A stretch of DNA of 64,000 bases, from contig CBDUPA010000020.1 of NCBI GenBank assembly GCA_965368975.1, positions 32,001 through 96,000 on the forward strand, given 5' to 3'. A program made the position numbers and the translations under genes. Below the pieces are notes generated by a model. The model was not told the origin of the DNA. It worked only from the letters and a program-made list of their open reading frames with translations, and did no database searches. This stretch comes from an uncultured bacterium (GTDB lineage: Bacteria > Acidobacteriota > Thermoanaerobaculia > Multivoradales > JAHZIX01). Every line of letters begins with the position of its first letter. Within the stretch, counting starts at the first letter, position 1. Shown piece after piece: positions 57,318 to 64,000 of this stretch.

Positions 57318-59189
57318 ATGAACGCACCGCGAATAGCAACTCGGCACACGGCCCCTTGGCACGGCGCCCTCGCCGGTCTAGCCCTGGCCGTCGTGGCGTT
57401 GTTGCCGGCCGTGGCCTTGACCTGGCCCGCTGCCGGCGCCGATCCGGCGACAACCTCGAGCGATACCAGCGCGGCGGTTCCAGTCGAGGCCTTCGAGCTG
57501 GACAACGGCATGAAGTTCCTTGTCGTCCGCAAGCCCGAACTGGCCACTGTTTACGGCGGCTGGGTCGCCAAGGTCGGTTCCGCCAACGAACGCCCGGGCA
57601 TCACCGGTATCAGTCACTTCTTCGAGCACATGATGTTCAAGGGCTCGCGCACCTTGGGCACCACCAACATCGAGCGCGACCTCGAGATCATCCAAGAACA
57701 GGAAGCGCTGCAGGAGAAGATCCGGGCTCAGTACCGCATCCAGCGTGAGCGCTGGCGGCGCGGCGAGATCGACGATCCCTTCGATCCCAAGAACCGGACG
57801 CCCGAGCTGATCGAGCTACAGGCGCAGTTCGACAAGCTGGTAGAAGAGCAGGCCGCGTTGATGGTCAAAGACGAGTACGACCGCATCTTCGTCGAGAACG
57901 GCGGCGTGCAGAAGAACGCCTTCACCAACGAGGACATGACGGTCTACTTCGTTGCCCTGCCGGCGAACAAACTAGAGCTGTGGTTCTGGATGGAGTCGGA
58001 CCGCCTGGCCGAGCCGGTGTTCCGCGAGTTCTACGCCGAGCGCGACGTGGTGCACGAAGAGCGCCGCCTGCGCATCGAGTCGACACCCACCGGTGAGTTC
58101 GACGAGCAGTTCGACTCTATGTTCTGGCAATCGCACCCTTACAGCTGGAGCCCAGGCGGCTGGCCGTCCGACCTGCGCAGCTACACTCTGGCGCAGGCTC
58201 AGGAGTACTACGACACCTTCTATGCGCCCAACAACTTGACCGCCGTGCTGGTCGGCAACTTCGAGATCGCCGAGGTCAAGGCACTGGCCGAGCGCTACTT
58301 CGCACGCATTCCGCGTGGCCAGCGGACGGTGCCGGATGTCGTGACGCTCGAGATGCCGCAGCGCGCCGAGAAGCGCATGGGCGCCGAGTGTGATTGCCAG
58401 CCGCAGGTCGAGGTGCGCTACCACGCCGTTCCGTTCCGTCACAAGGACAGCTACGCGCTGTCCGTCATGGCGGCGGTGCTCAACGGCAACACCGGCCGGC
58501 TCTACAAGTCACTGGTGCTGGACCAGGGCATCGCCACGAACGCCGGCTCGGGTCTCGACGCTCGCAAGTACGCCGGCGCCTTCTCCTTCTATGCTGACGC
58601 CAAAGGTGACGCGACGCCAGAGCAGCTGGAGCAGGCCTGGTACCAGGAGCTGGAGCGTCTGCAGACCGAGCTGGTGCCGGCCGAGGAGCTGCAGAAGGTC
58701 AAGAACCAGGTAGCCGCCAGTTCCTTCCGCCGCGTACAGAACCCCTTCGGCTTGCTGCTGCAGCTGTTGCTGTACGAAGGTTGGGGCGATTGGACTCACC
58801 TCAACGACTCCGCCGCCAAGACCATGGAGGTGACCGCCGAGGACGTCCAGCGCGTGGCCAACGAGTTCTTCGCGTCGCACAACCGCGCGGTGGCGCTCTA
58901 CTACCGCAAGGCAGGCAGCGAAGCGCCCCCGGAAATTCCCGGCATGGATACCGTGCCGGACGAGATGCGGCCGATGGTCGAGGCCCAGGTGCGCCAGATC
59001 CGCCAGATCAGCGACCCTGACATGCTGCAGACCGCGTTGAACCAGATGCAGGCTCAGGCTGGTGCCGCACCGCCCGAGGTGCAGCCGATGTTGAAAGTAT
59101 TGGAGCAGGTGATGCGCCAACGGTTGGAAGAGTTGAGCGGTGGTGCTGATGCCGAGGCTGCGGCCGCGGAAGAAGGAGGTGAGTCGTGA
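57318..59189 (+). CDS. Exported M16B zinc peptidase, catalytic subunit
   Basis: Signal peptide, GISHFFEHMMFKGS (HxxEH), NAFT, WMESDR, ERDVVHEERR; CAGGAG SD before ATG 57318. Confidence 0.92.
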   Translation: MNAPRIATRHTAPWHGALAGLALAVVALLPAVALTWPAAGADPATTSSDTSAAVPVEAFELDNGMKFLVVRKPELATVYGGWVAKVGSANERPGITGISHFFEHMMFKGSRTLGTTNIERDLEIIQEQEALQEKIRAQYRIQRERWRRGEIDDPFDPKNRTPELIELQAQFDKLVEEQAALMVKDEYDRIFVENGGVQKNAFTNEDMTVYFVALPANKLELWFWMESDRLAEPVFREFYAERDVVHEERRLRIESTPTGEFDEQFDSMFWQSHPYSWSPGGWPSDLRSYTLAQAQEYYDTFYAPNNLTAVLVGNFEIAEVKALAERYFARIPRGQRTVPDVVTLEMPQRAEKRMGAECDCQPQVEVRYHAVPFRHKDSYALSVMAAVLNGNTGRLYKSLVLDQGIATNAGSGLDARKYAGAFSFYADAKGDATPEQLEQAWYQELERLQTELVPAEELQKVKNQVAASSFRRVQNPFGLLLQLLLYEGWGDWTHLNDSAAKTMEVTAEDVQRVANEFFASHNRAVALYYRKAGSEAPPEIPGMDTVPDEMRPMVEAQVRQIRQISDPDMLQTALNQMQAQAGAAPPEVQPMLKVLEQVMRQRLEELSGGADAEAAAAEEGGES

Positions 59190-60700
59190 AGTCCACTCGT
59201 CCGCTACGACTGTCGGCCCTGTTGCTGAGCGTGGCCCTGGTGCTGCCCTTGGCCGCCGCCGCTGGAGACTTGCCCGCCCACCCCAACGAGCTGGAGTACG
59301 GGCCCCTCGACTTCGAAGTCCCGGACGCGCGCCAGTACCGGCACACGCTGGACAATGGCATGACCGTCTACATCGTCGAGGATCCCTCGCTGCCACTGGT
59401 CGACATGCTGGTGCAGGTACGGGCCGGGGCTTACCTCGACCCCAACGCCAAGCCCGGCGTCGCCTCGCTCACCGGTACCCTGCTGCGCCGTGGCGGTACC
59501 GCTAACCGGACGGCCGAGGATTTCGACGAGCGCCTCGACTTCCTGGCCGTCAACCTGTCGAGCTTCGGCGGTTCCACCACGTCGAGCGTCTTCCTGGATT
59601 CGATGAGCCCGGTGCTCGACGAAGCGCTGGCTCTGCTCTTCGAGATGCTCAAGACCCCCGGCTTCCAGGCGGACCGGCTGGAGGTCGAGAAGAGCAACCG
59701 CCTGGAGCGCCTGAAGCAGCGCAACGACCAGCCGGTCTCCATCGCCAGCCGCGAATGGGATTGGCTGATGTACGGCCGCGGCCACTACGCGGGGCGCAGT
59801 CAGACATCCGCTGAGCTGGAGTCGATCGGCCGCGACGACCTGCAGGCCTTCCATCGCCAGTACTGGCATCCGCGCAACATGACGATCGCGGTCTCCGGCG
59901 ATGTCGACACCGAAACGCTGCTGCGGCAACTCGGCGAGCTGACCGCCGACTGGCCGTATCCCGGCGAGACCTCCGAGTGGCCGCCGCCGGTGCCCGAGCA
60001 CCAGCCGAAGCCGGGCGTCTACTACGCGCAGAAGGACATCCCGCAGGGTCGTGTCTACATCGGTCATCCCACCTTCCAGGTGGACGATTGGAACAACCCG
60101 GACCTGCTCCCGCTGCGCGTCATGAACAACGTCCTCGGCGGTGGCGGTTTCACCTCGCGTATCACCCGCCGGGTGCGTTCGGACGAAGGCCTCGCCTACA
60201 GCGCCGGCTCGCAGCTGTCGATCAACTCGATCCGGCCCGGCATGTTCCGCTTCTCCTTCCAGACCAAGAGTTCGACGGTGGCGTTCGCCTCGCAGATCTG
60301 CCTGGAGGAGATGAACCGCATCCGCGACGAGAAAGTGCCGGCCGACGAGCTGCAAAGCGCCAAGAACGCCCTGCTCGAAGCCTTCCCGCAGCGCTTCGAC
60401 TCGGCGCAGGGCAAGCTGAGCACCTTCGTCAACGACGACTACTACGATCGCGATCCGTCCTACTGGCAGGAATGGCGTGACCGTCTGCGTGCCGTCACGG
60501 CGGAAGACGTGCAGCGTGTGGCACGCGAGTACCTGAAGCCGGACGAACTGACGTTCTTGCTGGTCGGCAACTGGGCCGAAGCCCACGAAGGCGATCCGGA
60601 GGGCCGCGCCACCATGCCGGCCCTCTTCCCGGGCGTCGAGCCGGTGGAGTTGCCGGAGCGCGATCCGCTGACGCTGGAGCCGGTGAAGGCGGCACCATGA
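59186..60700 (+). CDS. Exported M16B peptidase partner subunit (no HxxEH; carries the R/Y pair)
   Basis: Signal peptide, LGGGGFTSR..VRSDEGLAYS; overlaps the upstream stop (GTGA). Confidence 0.9.
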   Translation: MKSTRPLRLSALLLSVALVLPLAAAAGDLPAHPNELEYGPLDFEVPDARQYRHTLDNGMTVYIVEDPSLPLVDMLVQVRAGAYLDPNAKPGVASLTGTLLRRGGTANRTAEDFDERLDFLAVNLSSFGGSTTSSVFLDSMSPVLDEALALLFEMLKTPGFQADRLEVEKSNRLERLKQRNDQPVSIASREWDWLMYGRGHYAGRSQTSAELESIGRDDLQAFHRQYWHPRNMTIAVSGDVDTETLLRQLGELTADWPYPGETSEWPPPVPEHQPKPGVYYAQKDIPQGRVYIGHPTFQVDDWNNPDLLPLRVMNNVLGGGGFTSRITRRVRSDEGLAYSAGSQLSINSIRPGMFRFSFQTKSSTVAFASQICLEEMNRIRDEKVPADELQSAKNALLEAFPQRFDSAQGKLSTFVNDDYYDRDPSYWQEWRDRLRAVTAEDVQRVAREYLKPDELTFLLVGNWAEAHEGDPEGRATMPALFPGVEPVELPERDPLTLEPVKAAP

Positions 60701-60741
60701 GGTCGGCGCCGTAAAGGAGCGCTGCCGGGCTCCGGGTTGAA

Positions 60742-60775
60742 CGAAGGGCACCTCCGAGGTCGGGGGTGCCCTTCG
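60742..60775. terminator. GC-rich hairpin between convergent genes (probable terminator)
   Basis: CGAAGGGCACCTCCG-AGGT-CGGGGGTGCCCTTCG, 15-bp stem with one G-U pair; U-tract is weak. Confidence 0.6.
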
Positions 60776-60783
60776 AGTTGGGC

Positions 60784-61362
60784 TCAGCCGCTCTCGTCTT
60801 CGCTGTGGAAGCGAAAGCAGTCCGTCGTGTGATCGTCGACCATGCCCGTTGCCTGCATGAAGGCGTAGCAGGTCGTCGAGCCGACGAAGCGGAAACCGCG
60901 TTTCTTGAGATCCTTGCTCATGCGGTCCGAGTTGTCCGTCTTGGCGGGCAGGTCGGACAGCTTCTGCCAGGAATTACGGATCGGCTCACCGTTGACGAAA
61001 CTCCAGATATAAGCGTCGAAGCTGCCGAACTCTTCTTGCAGGCGCAGCACGGCGGCGGCGTTGTTGATCGTCGACTCGATCTTGCCGCGGTGCCGCACGA
61101 TGGAAGCGTCCTGCAACAAGCGCTCGACGTCCGTCTCGGTGAAACGGGCGACCACCACCGGATCGAAGCCTTCGAACAGGCGGCGGTACCCTTCGCGCTT
61201 GCGCAGGATGGTGAGCCAGGACAGGCCGGCCTGGGCGCCTTCGAGCGTGAGCATCTCGAACAGGCGGTGGTCGTCGTGCACGGGGACGCCCCACTCCTGG
61301 TCGTGGTACTCCAGGTAGAGGGGGTCGTCCGTCACCCAGGCGCAGCGGGTCGGTTCAGCCAT
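60784..61362 (-). CDS. tag: DNA-3-methyladenine glycosylase I
   Basis: RCAW, YHDQEWG, LEGAQAGLSW, GFRFVG, GMVDDH..C. Confidence 0.96.
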   Translation of the reverse strand: MAEPTRCAWVTDDPLYLEYHDQEWGVPVHDDHRLFEMLTLEGAQAGLSWLTILRKREGYRRLFEGFDPVVVARFTETDVERLLQDASIVRHRGKIESTINNAAAVLRLQEEFGSFDAYIWSFVNGEPIRNSWQKLSDLPAKTDNSDRMSKDLKKRGFRFVGSTTCYAFMQATGMVDDHTTDCFRFHSEDESG

Positions 61363-61380
61363 CCCGGAATCTCCCTTGGA

Positions 61381-63999
<2,619 letters not shown>

Positions 64000-64000
64000 C

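Overview
High-GC bacterial core-genome window from a diderm (it carries lpxH). Gene content and order (ftsH-folP-cdaA-cdaR-glmM, A2-type cytochrome c oxidase, MglA-like GTPase, sigma54 activators) are compatible with an Acidobacteriota/Deltaproteobacteria-like organism; this taxonomic call is inference. It holds about 50 CDSs, 3 tRNAs and several recognisable promoters, operators and terminators. I see no CRISPR array, rRNA, transposase, integrase or prophage. Most notable: (1) tilS lies directly behind a CAU-anticodon tRNA and has no canonical start codon upstream of its essential PP-loop; (2) an orphan single-module NRPS has a degenerate interface-like C domain, an Asp-type A domain and an acidic docking tail; (3) the RNR R2 subunit has the class Ic (Chlamydia-like Mn/Fe, Tyr->Phe) signature and sits under tandem NrdR boxes; (4) a tandem MerR-HTH/AT-hook/coiled-coil protein lies behind a ~410-nt leader whose promoter is enclosed in a perfect 13-bp inverted repeat; (5) an MglA GTPase is fused to a long disordered linker and has no MglB beside it; (6) many genes have a -10 box 6-10 nt before the start codon (leaderless-like). 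All calls come from motif recognition by eye; no database searches were run.
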